Virus record (IMG/VR): IMGVR_UViG_3300025393_000055
Reading direction: 5' to 3' (one strand)
DNA length: 36,233 nucleotides
Source of the DNA: a virus
Shown: positions 25,032 through 33,148 of the stretch, piece after piece
Position numbering within the stretch: the first letter of the stretch is position 1
Layout of the letters: every line of letters begins with the position of its first letter
Notes under the pieces: model-generated
Database searches by the model: none
What the model was told of the DNA's origin: nothing
What the model saw: only the letters and a program-made list of their open reading frames with translations
Program-made: the position numbers and the translations under genes

Positions 25032-25154
25032 ATGGAACAGTTATCATCCGCTCTCCGAAAAAAGGGCAAACTGGTGAAGATCGTCAATCTCACCTACCGG
25101 TCCCTCGAGGATGCAAAGAAGGGCATGGACTTCTGGGTCAACAAATCAGAATAA
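25032..25154 (+). CDS. 40-aa protein MEQLSSALRKK... (below ORF-track cutoff)
   Basis: Perfect leader; 5' end shared with 27172 gene. Confidence 0.6.
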   Translation: MEQLSSALRKKGKLVKIVNLTYRSLEDAKKGMDFWVNKSE

Positions 25155-25183
25155 AGGCTTGATCTGAAAAAATGAGGTGAAAA

Positions 25184-25414
25184 ATGACATCCAAAAAAGG
25201 GTCTACAAAAAAGCAAATTCCCCACAGGGGGTACATTGGCTTCCTCCAGGTGAAAGATGCAAGAGAAGCCAAGGCGTGGGTGAAGAAAAAGTATGATGTT
25301 CCCCCCGGGTCCGTGATTCTCGCAACAAGAGTCCCCGTGAAAAGCTGTGGGAAGAACCCACTGCCGTACCCCTACATCTACGAAATTGAGGTCTATGTCC
25401 CATCTCGGGACTAA
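25184..25414 (+). CDS. Small Lys-rich protein
   Basis: Leader motif. Confidence 0.7.
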   Translation: MTSKKGSTKKQIPHRGYIGFLQVKDAREAKAWVKKKYDVPPGSVILATRVPVKSCGKNPLPYPYIYEIEVYVPSRD

Positions 25415-25428
25415 AATGAGGTGTAAAA

Positions 25429-25833
25429 ATGACAAGACCTACTGAACGACTGGGTCGGGATTACGGCCCGTTCGAGGGTGTCCGCATACTCACCATGAAC
25501 GGTGTCCGGCTGTACATCGTGAACAAGCAGGCCGCGACGGAAGCAAACCTTAAGGACCACGATCTGATCCCGCTCGGCGGCGGGAAGTATGCCCACACCC
25601 TGGGGCTCACCCGCGACAAGCTCTACCGGGCGGCCGGCTACGATGTCAACAAGATCGACTTCGCGGTCCCGCAACCCTGGTATGACCTGCCCGAGAACCA
25701 TGCCCGCCGGAAGAAGGGGGACCGGGCCGTCTGGTCCTACGCGGGGCGCAGGAACACCTTCGGGAAACCGATCTGGGACTCCGAGGCGCGGAAGCGGCTC
25801 AAGACCCGGATCAACCAGCGGCTGAGGCGGTGA
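25429..25833 (+). CDS. Basic hypothetical protein
   Basis: Leader motif. Confidence 0.7.
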   Translation: MTRPTERLGRDYGPFEGVRILTMNGVRLYIVNKQAATEANLKDHDLIPLGGGKYAHTLGLTRDKLYRAAGYDVNKIDFAVPQPWYDLPENHARRKKGDRAVWSYAGRRNTFGKPIWDSEARKRLKTRINQRLRR

Positions 25834-26420
25834 TCCCGGTGGGCTACAGTTGCACTGCCGCGGCCAACCGGACGCTGGACGCGATCAGCGAGGCCTGTTA
25901 CCAGCAGACCAAAGCCGCGAACGTCTACCGGCACAACGGGAAGGACTACTTCTGGGAAGTGGGGCGGGAGAATGCGGACGGCGCGATCACCGGCACGATC
26001 TACCGGTACTCCGGCCCCCGCACGAACCCCAAGACCACGGTCACAAAGGCGGGGTCGTTCCGGATCAACCCGAACGGCACCATCGCCCGGGGAGTCGGGC
26101 TCAAGGGACTCTATGAAAGCCGCACCCAGAACCCCAAAGCGCCGGTCAAGACCGCCACGCTGCTCCCCTACACCTACACGAAGTATGGGAGGGGCATGGG
26201 GATCGTGTATGTGGACAAGGAGAACCCCTCCCCGGACCCCTTCAAGAAGATGATCTGGGGGTTGACCAAGGACCTCCAGACGGTCAGCGACTTTAAGGGG
26301 TTCTTCACCCGGGCCGGGAAACCGATCCCGGTCGAGTATGAGGTTCCTCCCCGGAGCACCGCCGCCGGAGAGAAGGCCGTCCGGGCCAAAGCAATCACGG
26401 CGGCGATCAAGGCCCTGTAA
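25830..26420 (+). CDS. Hypothetical virus-type protein
   Basis: GTGA coupling; YFWEVGRENADGAITG...GSFRINPNG. Confidence 0.7.
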   Translation: MIPVGYSCTAAANRTLDAISEACYQQTKAANVYRHNGKDYFWEVGRENADGAITGTIYRYSGPRTNPKTTVTKAGSFRINPNGTIARGVGLKGLYESRTQNPKAPVKTATLLPYTYTKYGRGMGIVYVDKENPSPDPFKKMIWGLTKDLQTVSDFKGFFTRAGKPIPVEYEVPPRSTAAGEKAVRAKAITAAIKAL

Positions 26421-26435
26421 CAATGGAGGAGTAAA

Positions 26436-26681
26436 ATGGCAACCAAACCACAGGAGATAGGCGGGTACCTCGCTGATGGCGGGGTGCTCACGGATTGGAA
26501 CGGGAAGAAGATCGGCACCTACCGGCTCATCGCCTCCTGGAAACTGCCGAACATGTACATATCGGATCGGATGTTCCAGGTCGAGGCCATCGTCAACGGC
26601 GTAACCTACACCGGCCGGAGTGCCGGGGTCGGGATGGCGTACCGAGGAAAGCGAAAGAAAACCCCACCCCGGGGACGGTGA
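26436..26681 (+). CDS. Small hypothetical protein
   Basis: Leader variant CAATGGAGGAGTAAAATG. Confidence 0.7.
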   Translation: MATKPQEIGGYLADGGVLTDWNGKKIGTYRLIASWKLPNMYISDRMFQVEAIVNGVTYTGRSAGVGMAYRGKRKKTPPRGR

Positions 26682-26707
26682 CCCCGGCAGTAAAAATGAG
26701 GTAAAAA

Positions 26708-27142
26708 ATGCAACGCAAACCAAGCAGCAAGGCAACCCCCCCGAAGGCGAGGTCCTCGATCCCGGTCATCCCGGCCATGCGAGGATTCTCGTTTCTCACC
26801 GGGGACGTAAACTGGAAAGAGTACGGCGGAACCTTCTACCGGAGCTTTGGGGACGGAACCTACGCCCTCATTGAGTTCATCAACCTCGAAGATGCTGTCA
26901 GGTATGGGGGGATCCGGGGGAACAGGTATGCGGCCGTAGGACGAACCGTGGACCTCTCGCCGGGAGGGTTCTCGCTGAGAAACCTCGATTCAGCCCTCCG
27001 CACCATCGGGGCCTCTCCCGCGACCCGGAACCCCAAGGTTCTCCTCGATGCGGTGAACGCCTACGGGTCATTTGATGTTGACTTCGAGATCTTCGGCAAC
27101 AATGCCGACAAGCTCCTGGCCGCGGCGAAACGCCGGTACTGA
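26708..27142 (+). CDS. Hypothetical protein with basic N-terminal tail
   Basis: Leader motif. Confidence 0.7.
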   Translation: MQRKPSSKATPPKARSSIPVIPAMRGFSFLTGDVNWKEYGGTFYRSFGDGTYALIEFINLEDAVRYGGIRGNRYAAVGRTVDLSPGGFSLRNLDSALRTIGASPATRNPKVLLDAVNAYGSFDVDFEIFGNNADKLLAAAKRRY

Positions 27143-27143
27143 C

Positions 27144-27174
27144 CTGCATATGCAGTAAAATGAGGTAAAAAATG
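27144..27174 (+). promoter_or_regulatory. Perfect palindrome CTGCATATGCAG fused to leader
   Basis: CTGCATATGCAG-T-AAAATGAGGTAAAAAATG fills the whole intergenic gap. Confidence 0.7.
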
Positions 27175-27717
27175 GATCAGTCATCATCCGCTCTCAGGAT
27201 CCTTGAGAAGAGCAAGCGAGAGAAGGAGTTCCGGGTTTCGCGAGACCACCTCTACTACTTTGCGGGGGAGTACTACTACAAGCGCGATGCCGAAGACACC
27301 AAGAACGCCCTGAAAAAGGCAGGGTATTCGGTACTGATGCGGAAAGGCCCTCGCCAGTCTGACGGGTACCAACTCCATGCTCGGAAGGTCAAAGCGACTT
27401 CTGAAGACAAAGCGAACCCCCTGTATAGGGGAAACCGGGTGGTAGAGGTCACGCTTGAATCCGCTCGGCCCCCCATCTGGACCGTCACGCTCATGCACAC
27501 CGCAAAGAATGGCGAGTACCGGAGAGATTACTCTAAATCCGCTGGTGAGTACACCCGATACCATGACGGCCCCTCTATCACCCCTGCGGTCACAGAGGCA
27601 AAGCGTCTGGCGAAGAAATGCGGGAAAGGAACCTACGTTGTCATCTACGGTGCGACCTCAGCAGAGACGTTGCAGTGGGATGGAACGCGGTTCGTGAACC
27701 TGAAACGGGCCCCGTAG
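27172..27717 (+). CDS. Protein with FDGK-family-like N-domain plus second domain
   Basis: YYKRDAEDTKNALKKAGYSV...YQLHARK; leader. Confidence 0.75.
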   Translation: MDQSSSALRILEKSKREKEFRVSRDHLYYFAGEYYYKRDAEDTKNALKKAGYSVLMRKGPRQSDGYQLHARKVKATSEDKANPLYRGNRVVEVTLESARPPIWTVTLMHTAKNGEYRRDYSKSAGEYTRYHDGPSITPAVTEAKRLAKKCGKGTYVVIYGATSAETLQWDGTRFVNLKRAP

Positions 27718-27731
27718 AATGAGGTGAAAAA

Positions 27732-27992
27732 ATGCCCTGGAACAAAGATGGCACGTATGTGCCGGTACCCGATGACCGGACCTTCGACGGCAAGCGGTTC
27801 TCCCTCCTGTGGGTGACCGGGTTCAGCTCGAAGCGCCGGGCAGAACAGACAAAGAACGCCCTCAAAGAGGGGGGGAGCAAGCCCTACAATGTGCGGATCG
27901 TTCCCTATGATGGAGGCTACTACCTCTACACCGCTCCGCGGGTGACCCGGGAAGACTCCCAGTGGTTGATCCAGCGGATCGGGGGGCTCTGA
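27732..27992 (+). CDS. FDGK-family protein
   Basis: RTFDGKRFSL...SKRRAEQTKNALKEGG...VRIVPYDGGYYLY. Confidence 0.8.
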   Translation: MPWNKDGTYVPVPDDRTFDGKRFSLLWVTGFSSKRRAEQTKNALKEGGSKPYNVRIVPYDGGYYLYTAPRVTREDSQWLIQRIGGL

Positions 27993-28021
27993 AGGGGCCC
28001 CCCAGAAAAATGAGGTGAAAA

Positions 28022-28336
28022 ATGGAGTTCAAATCACTCGAACAATTATTCGAGGAGAACAACGGCCGGACGGTCGTCATGGACCGCCGGAAGTACTGGG
28101 TTCGGTACATGCGGTACCGGGGCGGCGAGGACATCTGGCTGGAACCCGTCAACAAGGACGCCCCGTGGTACCGCAAGATGCGGGACTACCTGGGCGATGA
28201 CTGGGTCACGGACGCGAAGCACCTTGAGGGCAAGGCCTTTAGCGAGGTCTACCGGCAGCTCGCCTGGAAACAGCCCTCGACACCCAGCCGCAAGGCGACG
28301 ACCTCGCGGAAGAAGGCCCCGGCCCGGAGGCGCTGA
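28022..28336 (+). CDS. Hypothetical protein with basic C-terminal tail
   Basis: Leader; ends SRKATTSRKKAPARRR. Confidence 0.7.
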   Translation: MEFKSLEQLFEENNGRTVVMDRRKYWVRYMRYRGGEDIWLEPVNKDAPWYRKMRDYLGDDWVTDAKHLEGKAFSEVYRQLAWKQPSTPSRKATTSRKKAPARRR

Positions 28337-28337
28337 C

Positions 28338-28646
28338 ATGCCCGCCGCCCCCCGCAAGCCCGTTCGCCGGGCCAAGCCCCCGGCCCCCCGCACCCCCGCG
28401 ACCAAGCCCGGCCTGACCCGCCGCTCCCCCGGCTGGAAGACCTTCGTCGCCCTGCTGGAGCAGAAGGTCAACTTCCGCACGATGCGGAACGGAAACACGA
28501 CCTGGACCTGCGACGGGAAGCTCACCTTCACGCGGCAGATCCTCCGGTCGAAGTTCCCGGGGGTCAGCATTGAGAAGACCATCAAGTACCTGCAGGACCG
28601 CGGCGGCTACTGCGACTGCGAGGTCCTGCTGAACGTGGATCTGTGA
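28338..28646 (+). CDS. DUF2695-like protein with basic N-terminal tail
   Basis: CDGKLTFT...GGYCDCEVLLNV. Confidence 0.7.
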   Translation: MPAAPRKPVRRAKPPAPRTPATKPGLTRRSPGWKTFVALLEQKVNFRTMRNGNTTWTCDGKLTFTRQILRSKFPGVSIEKTIKYLQDRGGYCDCEVLLNVDL

Positions 28647-28817
28647 TGATCATGCGCCAGGAGATCCGCAAACGGTTCGCCGGCCCGGCCCGCCCGGCCC
28701 ACGGCCACCATCGACCCGAACCTGGTGCTCTACTCGCCCGACGATGACGCCTTCTACCGGTTCGACCGGTTCACGGCACAGTATGCCGTGTTCCGGTTCT
28801 TCCGGCGGAACGGCTGA
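28646..28817 (+). pseudogene. Apparently frameshifted small gene
   Basis: MIMRQEIRKRF start frame differs from IDPNLVLYSPDDDAFYRF...* frame; the shift lies in a GGCCC repeat run. Confidence 0.35.
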
Positions 28818-28879
28818 GATCGGGCAGGTATCGACTGAAGAACACCGTAAAAATGTGAGTAAAAAGGAAGTCCGTAAAA

Positions 28880-29149
28880 ATGGCAAAGAGTCCGTTCACC
28901 ACAGCAACCCTCACCTATATGGTGAAGGGCAAGGTACAGTCCAAGAAAATCCCGATCCCGGCCCAGCGTCATGCCCTCGGGATCCTGAAACAGCGAGAAG
29001 GGTATGTTGAGATCTGCTGGTTCAAGGTGCCTCCCGCGGTAGGGGGGTACCAGGAGGACAACTTCAAGACCAAGGTCGTGCGGGTTCCCATGGATGCCGG
29101 GCTCGCCAGCCTGAAGGTCGGCGGCCGCGTGATCTCCAAGGCCACCTGA
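28880..29149 (+). CDS. Small basic hypothetical protein
   Basis: Extended leader variant. Confidence 0.7.
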   Translation: MAKSPFTTATLTYMVKGKVQSKKIPIPAQRHALGILKQREGYVEICWFKVPPAVGGYQEDNFKTKVVRVPMDAGLASLKVGGRVISKAT

Positions 29150-29198
29150 ACCGCGTGCAGAACATCGTTAAAATGTGATCAAAAGGAGGACCAGAAAA

Positions 29199-29411
29199 AT
29201 GGCAAACATCAAGTACGACCGGTCGCGGAGCAAAATCTTCAACGGCACGCCGTATTTCTTTTACAAGCAGGCTGACGGCCGGGTCAACGGCCGGAACATC
29301 GTGAACCGGCTCCGGGGCATGGGCTTCTCGGCCCGGATGACCGTGAACCAGGGGAAGAACACCGGCGGCTGGCCGGTCAAGGTCTACAACATCTGGCTCA
29401 GGGAGCGGTGA
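29199..29411 (+). CDS. FDGK-family protein
   Basis: KIFNGTPYFF...RLRGMGFSARM...VYNIWLRER; GGAGG RBS. Confidence 0.75.
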   Translation: MANIKYDRSRSKIFNGTPYFFYKQADGRVNGRNIVNRLRGMGFSARMTVNQGKNTGGWPVKVYNIWLRER

Positions 29412-29436
29412 GGGCGGCTCGGCCCCCCGCCCCCGG

Positions 29437-29467
29437 CTGCATGTGCAGAAAAATGGAGGTTAAAATG
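29437..29467 (+). promoter_or_regulatory. CTGCATGTGCAG palindrome + leader
   Basis: CTGCATGTGCAG-AAAAATGGAGGTTAAAATG. Confidence 0.7.
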
Positions 29468-29623
29468 TCTCGAATCTTTGATGGAAAGACCTTCCGAGAG
29501 GCGACCGCGGCCCCGACCCGGGCCTCGGCAGAGATCGTTGCCGCCGAGTGGCGCAACAATGGATGGAACGCCCGCGTGGTGAAGAAGAAGCACTCCTACA
29601 CGATCTACGTGCGGAGGAAGTAA
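29465..29623 (+). CDS. Minimal (52 aa) FDGK-family protein
   Basis: MSRIFDGKTF...TRASAEIVAAEWRNNGWNARVVKKKHSYTIYVRRK. Confidence 0.8.
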   Translation: MSRIFDGKTFREATAAPTRASAEIVAAEWRNNGWNARVVKKKHSYTIYVRRK

Positions 29624-29660
29624 GGGCCGGTTGCCCTGACGTTAAAATGGAGTCCGAAAA

Positions 29661-29870
29661 ATGATGCTCAAATACTCAACCCTCTACGAGGTCCCGCCCT
29701 ACCGGGCGTGGCGGATCGCGTTCTACAACTCCCAGTACACCTACCTGTTCTTCGGAACCAAGGAGGACGCGAAGGCCGCAGGCCAGAAGCTTGCAGACCA
29801 GCTCGCAAAGAAGGGTAAGCTCGTCTCGAATATGTCGATCAAAGAGGTCTCCAAGTACCTGGGGAAGTGA
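29661..29870 (+). CDS. Small basic protein
   Basis: Leader; FGTKEDAKAA motif. Confidence 0.7.
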   Translation: MMLKYSTLYEVPPYRAWRIAFYNSQYTYLFFGTKEDAKAAGQKLADQLAKKGKLVSNMSIKEVSKYLGK

Positions 29871-29894
29871 CCCCCCCAAAAATGAGTGAGTAAA

Positions 29895-30173
29895 ATGGCA
29901 CGAGTTACCAAAGCCCTGCTGGAGGGCATGACCAAAACCGTGGGGCGGCTCTACGGCTATCCTACTGTGGGTGAACCTGCCCCCCAAGGCTCAAAGAACC
30001 GTTATAAGAAGGCCTTCCTGATGCTGTCCGCAGATCAGTACTACAATCTGATGGTCGTCCAGAAGGACGGCAGCTGGACCGAGTTCGGCGGCTCCCGGCA
30101 GTACACCGCCTCAGAGATGGAGGTCTACCTCAAAGGACTGATCGACGGCAAGACCCACCAGAAGCGGCGGTGA
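29895..30173 (+). CDS. Small hypothetical protein
   Basis: Leader AAAAATGAGTGAGTAAAATG. Confidence 0.7.
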   Translation: MARVTKALLEGMTKTVGRLYGYPTVGEPAPQGSKNRYKKAFLMLSADQYYNLMVVQKDGSWTEFGGSRQYTASEMEVYLKGLIDGKTHQKRR

Positions 30174-30223
30174 GGGGTAGGAAGATCATACCCCTCTGTA
30201 TCAGTATGGAGGCAAGTACCAGC

Positions 30224-30736
30224 ATGGAAAAATACACGCTTACTCAGAATCAAAAGGCTGAGCTACAGAAAACCGGCTACGTGAACATCACCCGAAACGG
30301 CAAGCAGGTCCGGGTAACAACCTCAATGGTGAAGGAAACTCTTGCAAGGCCGTCCGTATCGCTCTTCAAGATGGATCATCTGGCGAACCCCGATGAGAAA
30401 GACCTCAAAATCGCCACTGACCGGATAAAGGCCTACAACAAGCGGAGAGGTCCGCGGGTCGGGGACTTCATCATCATGCCGGACGGCTCTTACCAGCGAT
30501 TCTCGTACAAATGGCCGGAAGGGTTGCAGACTTCAAACGGGGGGAGTTACTTCCTCGGGTCCTCCGGCTACGCTTCAATGTCTGGAAGTCTGAACCGGAC
30601 GGTTCCGAACAAACAGATCAAACCGACCCCCGAACGAAAGGAAGGTCCGTTCTGGTTCTTCCACCATGACATGGCGACGGCTCACAACGCCGTTGGGGTC
30701 AGGGCGTTGTGTCGGGTGTACCGGCATACGGGATGA
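30224..30736 (+). CDS. Hypothetical protein, C-domain possibly DUF4121-like
   Basis: GDFIIMPDG...QTSNGGSYFLG...SMSGSL...FWFFHHD; family recalled, not searched; GGAGG RBS. Confidence 0.6.
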   Translation: MEKYTLTQNQKAELQKTGYVNITRNGKQVRVTTSMVKETLARPSVSLFKMDHLANPDEKDLKIATDRIKAYNKRRGPRVGDFIIMPDGSYQRFSYKWPEGLQTSNGGSYFLGSSGYASMSGSLNRTVPNKQIKPTPERKEGPFWFFHHDMATAHNAVGVRALCRVYRHTG

Positions 30737-30746
30737 GGTGGCCGGT

Positions 30747-30971
30747 ATGGTACAACTCTATCGTATGTTTGACGGCAAGCGGTACACCTGGGCGGGCTAT
30801 GCCCGGACCAAGACCGAAGCCGAAAGACGGAAAGCCAAAATGAAAGAAGAGGGGTTCAAGGTCCGGCTCGTCAAGATGCTCGGAACCTCGATCCGAGCCC
30901 CGCCAGAACGCGGGAAACACGCCGAGAAAGTGTGGGTCCTCTACGAGCGGGATAACCTCTTAGATAGGTGA
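30747..30971 (+). CDS. FDGK-family protein
   Basis: RMFDGKRYTW...TKTEAERRKAKMKEEGFKVRLVK...VWVLYER. Confidence 0.8.
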   Translation: MVQLYRMFDGKRYTWAGYARTKTEAERRKAKMKEEGFKVRLVKMLGTSIRAPPERGKHAEKVWVLYERDNLLDR

Positions 30972-31159
30972 TGCGCAAGGCCCGCCGGGCCTGAGCCCCC
31001 AACCTCCTCTTTTCTCCTCCTCCCGGGTGCAAACCAGAACCTATATATTGGATAACCGACCAATCTCTGTTTCGAGGCCTCCCGGAGAGCCCCGGGCGGC
31101 CGGAATACCGCCGGGAAACCCTGCGTTCCCCGGCACCAAGTGAAAAATGGAGCGTTAAA

Positions 31160-31537
31160 ATGAGTGGAATACCAATAGCAGGGGAGACCTGCTGTGCAAA
31201 CTGCGTCTCTGACGCCACCTGTTCGCACCGGTCGGATCTCCCCGGAATCGCACTGATCTGCGACCAATTCTTGAATCGAACCTTCCCTCCAGAAGTGCAG
31301 GACGAGATCCGGGCCGGGGACCGCTGTCACATCTGCGGAGCCCCCGCGATCATCGGCGGCGGGGGGCGGCTGACCTGCGGAACCTGTCTCATCGCCCAGG
31401 CCGCGGCGAAGGTCAGGATCGGGAACAAGGCGATCCGGGAGTGGCTGGGAACCGTCGCGATCGTCCCGGTTCCCACGGGCGACGCCGGGGCCGACCCCGA
31501 CGACATTCCCGAAGAGGACGAAGAGGAGGCCCTCTGA
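31160..31537 (+). CDS. Cys-rich zinc-finger protein with acidic tail
   Basis: CCANC...C, CHICG...CGTC; leader. Confidence 0.65.
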   Translation: MSGIPIAGETCCANCVSDATCSHRSDLPGIALICDQFLNRTFPPEVQDEIRAGDRCHICGAPAIIGGGGRLTCGTCLIAQAAAKVRIGNKAIREWLGTVAIVPVPTGDAGADPDDIPEEDEEEAL

Positions 31538-32046
31538 TGGCGCTCCAGATCTACACGGACGGCGGGTTCCGGGCGACGGCCGGCGGGGTCGGCGGCTGGG
31601 CGTATCTGTTTGTGGACGACCGGCAGGGCCAGATCGGGTCCGACGCCGGGGTCCTGGTCACCGATACCCCGGCCGGAGGCGAGTACCTCGCGATCATCAA
31701 GGCCCTCCGGGCGGCCCGGGATGCCGGGCACCGGGAGGTCGCGGTCTACAACGACTGCACGGGCGTGGTCAACCAGCTCGCCGGCCGGGCAGGGGTCGCC
31801 TCCCCCCGGATCCTCCCGCACTACCAGCGGGCGGCCGAGCTCCTCGCGGACTTCGATGTCGCGACCGTCGCCTACGTCTCCCGCGACCACCCTCACATCC
31901 AGGCCGCCGACGCCCTCGGCTGCGAGGCGGTCGCCCGGCGCACCGGGGCCGGGTTCCCGGTGCGGTGGTGGCACAAGAGCAACGCCGGGGCCCCGCAGGG
32001 CTGGCGGGCGGCCCGGGCGGTGCCCGCGGCAGAGGGGTGGGGATGA
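31537..32046 (+). CDS. Ribonuclease HI family protein
   Basis: IYTDGG, GEYLAIIKAL, VYNDC, VVNQL, VSRDH..AADAL: D-E-D-D tetrad. Confidence 0.85.
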   Translation: MALQIYTDGGFRATAGGVGGWAYLFVDDRQGQIGSDAGVLVTDTPAGGEYLAIIKALRAARDAGHREVAVYNDCTGVVNQLAGRAGVASPRILPHYQRAAELLADFDVATVAYVSRDHPHIQAADALGCEAVARRTGAGFPVRWWHKSNAGAPQGWRAARAVPAAEGWG

Positions 32047-32381
32047 TGGTTGACCTCACCCCGGCCGAGGCCGGGATCTGTCTCCTCGCGATCGTCAAGG
32101 CCGAGTTCGCTGCCGGGTGGGATGGTACCCCCCGCCCGTGGGGCGCCGCCTCCCGCGGGATGATCACCCGGCTCCTCGCGAAGCTCGGCATCCCCGACAC
32201 CGAGGTCCTCACGCTCGCCTGCCCGGTCTGCGGGAGGGTCCAACGGGTGGACCGGACGGCCTATCTCGACAACATCGCGATCGGCGGCCACCCCTACACC
32301 TGCGGGGGAGCGGCCTGCCCGGGCCATACCGTCATGCGGGTTGTTCCCAGAGAGGAGATCCTGCGGGAGGAGGCCGAATGA
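32043..32381 (+). CDS. Zinc-ribbon hypothetical protein
   Basis: CPVCG...TCGGAAC. Confidence 0.6.
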   Translation: MMVDLTPAEAGICLLAIVKAEFAAGWDGTPRPWGAASRGMITRLLAKLGIPDTEVLTLACPVCGRVQRVDRTAYLDNIAIGGHPYTCGGAACPGHTVMRVVPREEILREEAE

Positions 32382-32575
32382 CCTCCTGGTGGCCGCGGCT
32401 CTGGCACTGCGGCCTCAAACTCTGGTGGAACCGGCTCTGGGTCCGGGCCGACGAGTTCCACCCATCGCTCGACCTCGATCTGGCCGCCATGGAGGCGATG
32501 ACCGCCCCGGAGCGGGCCGCATACCTCCGCGACCTCTTCCGCCGGCGCGAGATCGCCCACCGGAGGTCGTTATGA
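32378..32575 (+). CDS. Small Trp-rich protein
   Basis: ATGA coupling both ends; LWVRADEFHPSLDLD. Confidence 0.65.
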   Translation: MTSWWPRLWHCGLKLWWNRLWVRADEFHPSLDLDLAAMEAMTAPERAAYLRDLFRRREIAHRRSL

Positions 32576-32958
32576 GCAACGTCCCGGAGGCCCTCGCGGC
32601 CCTCGAGCACGAGCAGTGGATAGCCTGGTCGAAGAGCCTTGCCGCAGCAGAACCCCTCTCCGCGGAGCGGGTCGAGCGGTGGCGGGGGCTCTGGGTGCCC
32701 TACGCGGACCTCTCCGAGCAGGAGAAGGATGCCGACCGGGTCTGGGCCGAGAAAGCCCTCGCCATCGTGGCCGACCCCCTGGCATCCGCCCTCACCCTCG
32801 AGTACCGGGAGTGCTGCCGCCGCCTCGCGGACCCGGCCCTCCAGAACCCGCTCTGGTGGCTCGGCTACCGGTGCGGGATCGAGGACCTCGTCGCCCGGCT
32901 CGCGGAGAAGGGGATCGCGGTCACGCTCCCCTCCCCGGCCACGAGGAGGGATCGGTGA
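32572..32958 (+). CDS. RyR-domain-like protein
   Basis: LAALEHEQW...LWVPYADLSEQEKDADR. Confidence 0.6.
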   Translation: MSNVPEALAALEHEQWIAWSKSLAAAEPLSAERVERWRGLWVPYADLSEQEKDADRVWAEKALAIVADPLASALTLEYRECCRRLADPALQNPLWWLGYRCGIEDLVARLAEKGIAVTLPSPATRRDR

Positions 32959-33143
32959 TGGTGACCTGGAAGCAGGTGATCGAGCGGCACGGGGCAGACC
33001 TGGCCGAGAAGATGGTCGCGACCGGGCTCCTGGACGGGATCACCTGTGTCCTCCTCCCCTCCGGGGAGGCCGACATCCCGCAGTGCGACATCGACCGGGC
33101 ACTCCGGGCGGTGCGGGGGTTGCCGGTCCACGACTGGGACTAA
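32958..33143 (+). CDS. Small hypothetical protein
   Basis: GAGGAGG RBS, TGATG coupling. Confidence 0.6.
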   Translation: MVTWKQVIERHGADLAEKMVATGLLDGITCVLLPSGEADIPQCDIDRALRAVRGLPVHDWD

Positions 33144-33148
33144 AAAAC

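Noticed and set aside
23976-30971. CRISPR array or classical integron from the repeated leader
   Set aside because: Repeats are 17-20 nt, degenerate and separated by whole genes of variable length; no cas genes, no tyrosine integrase, no attC-like long palindromes.
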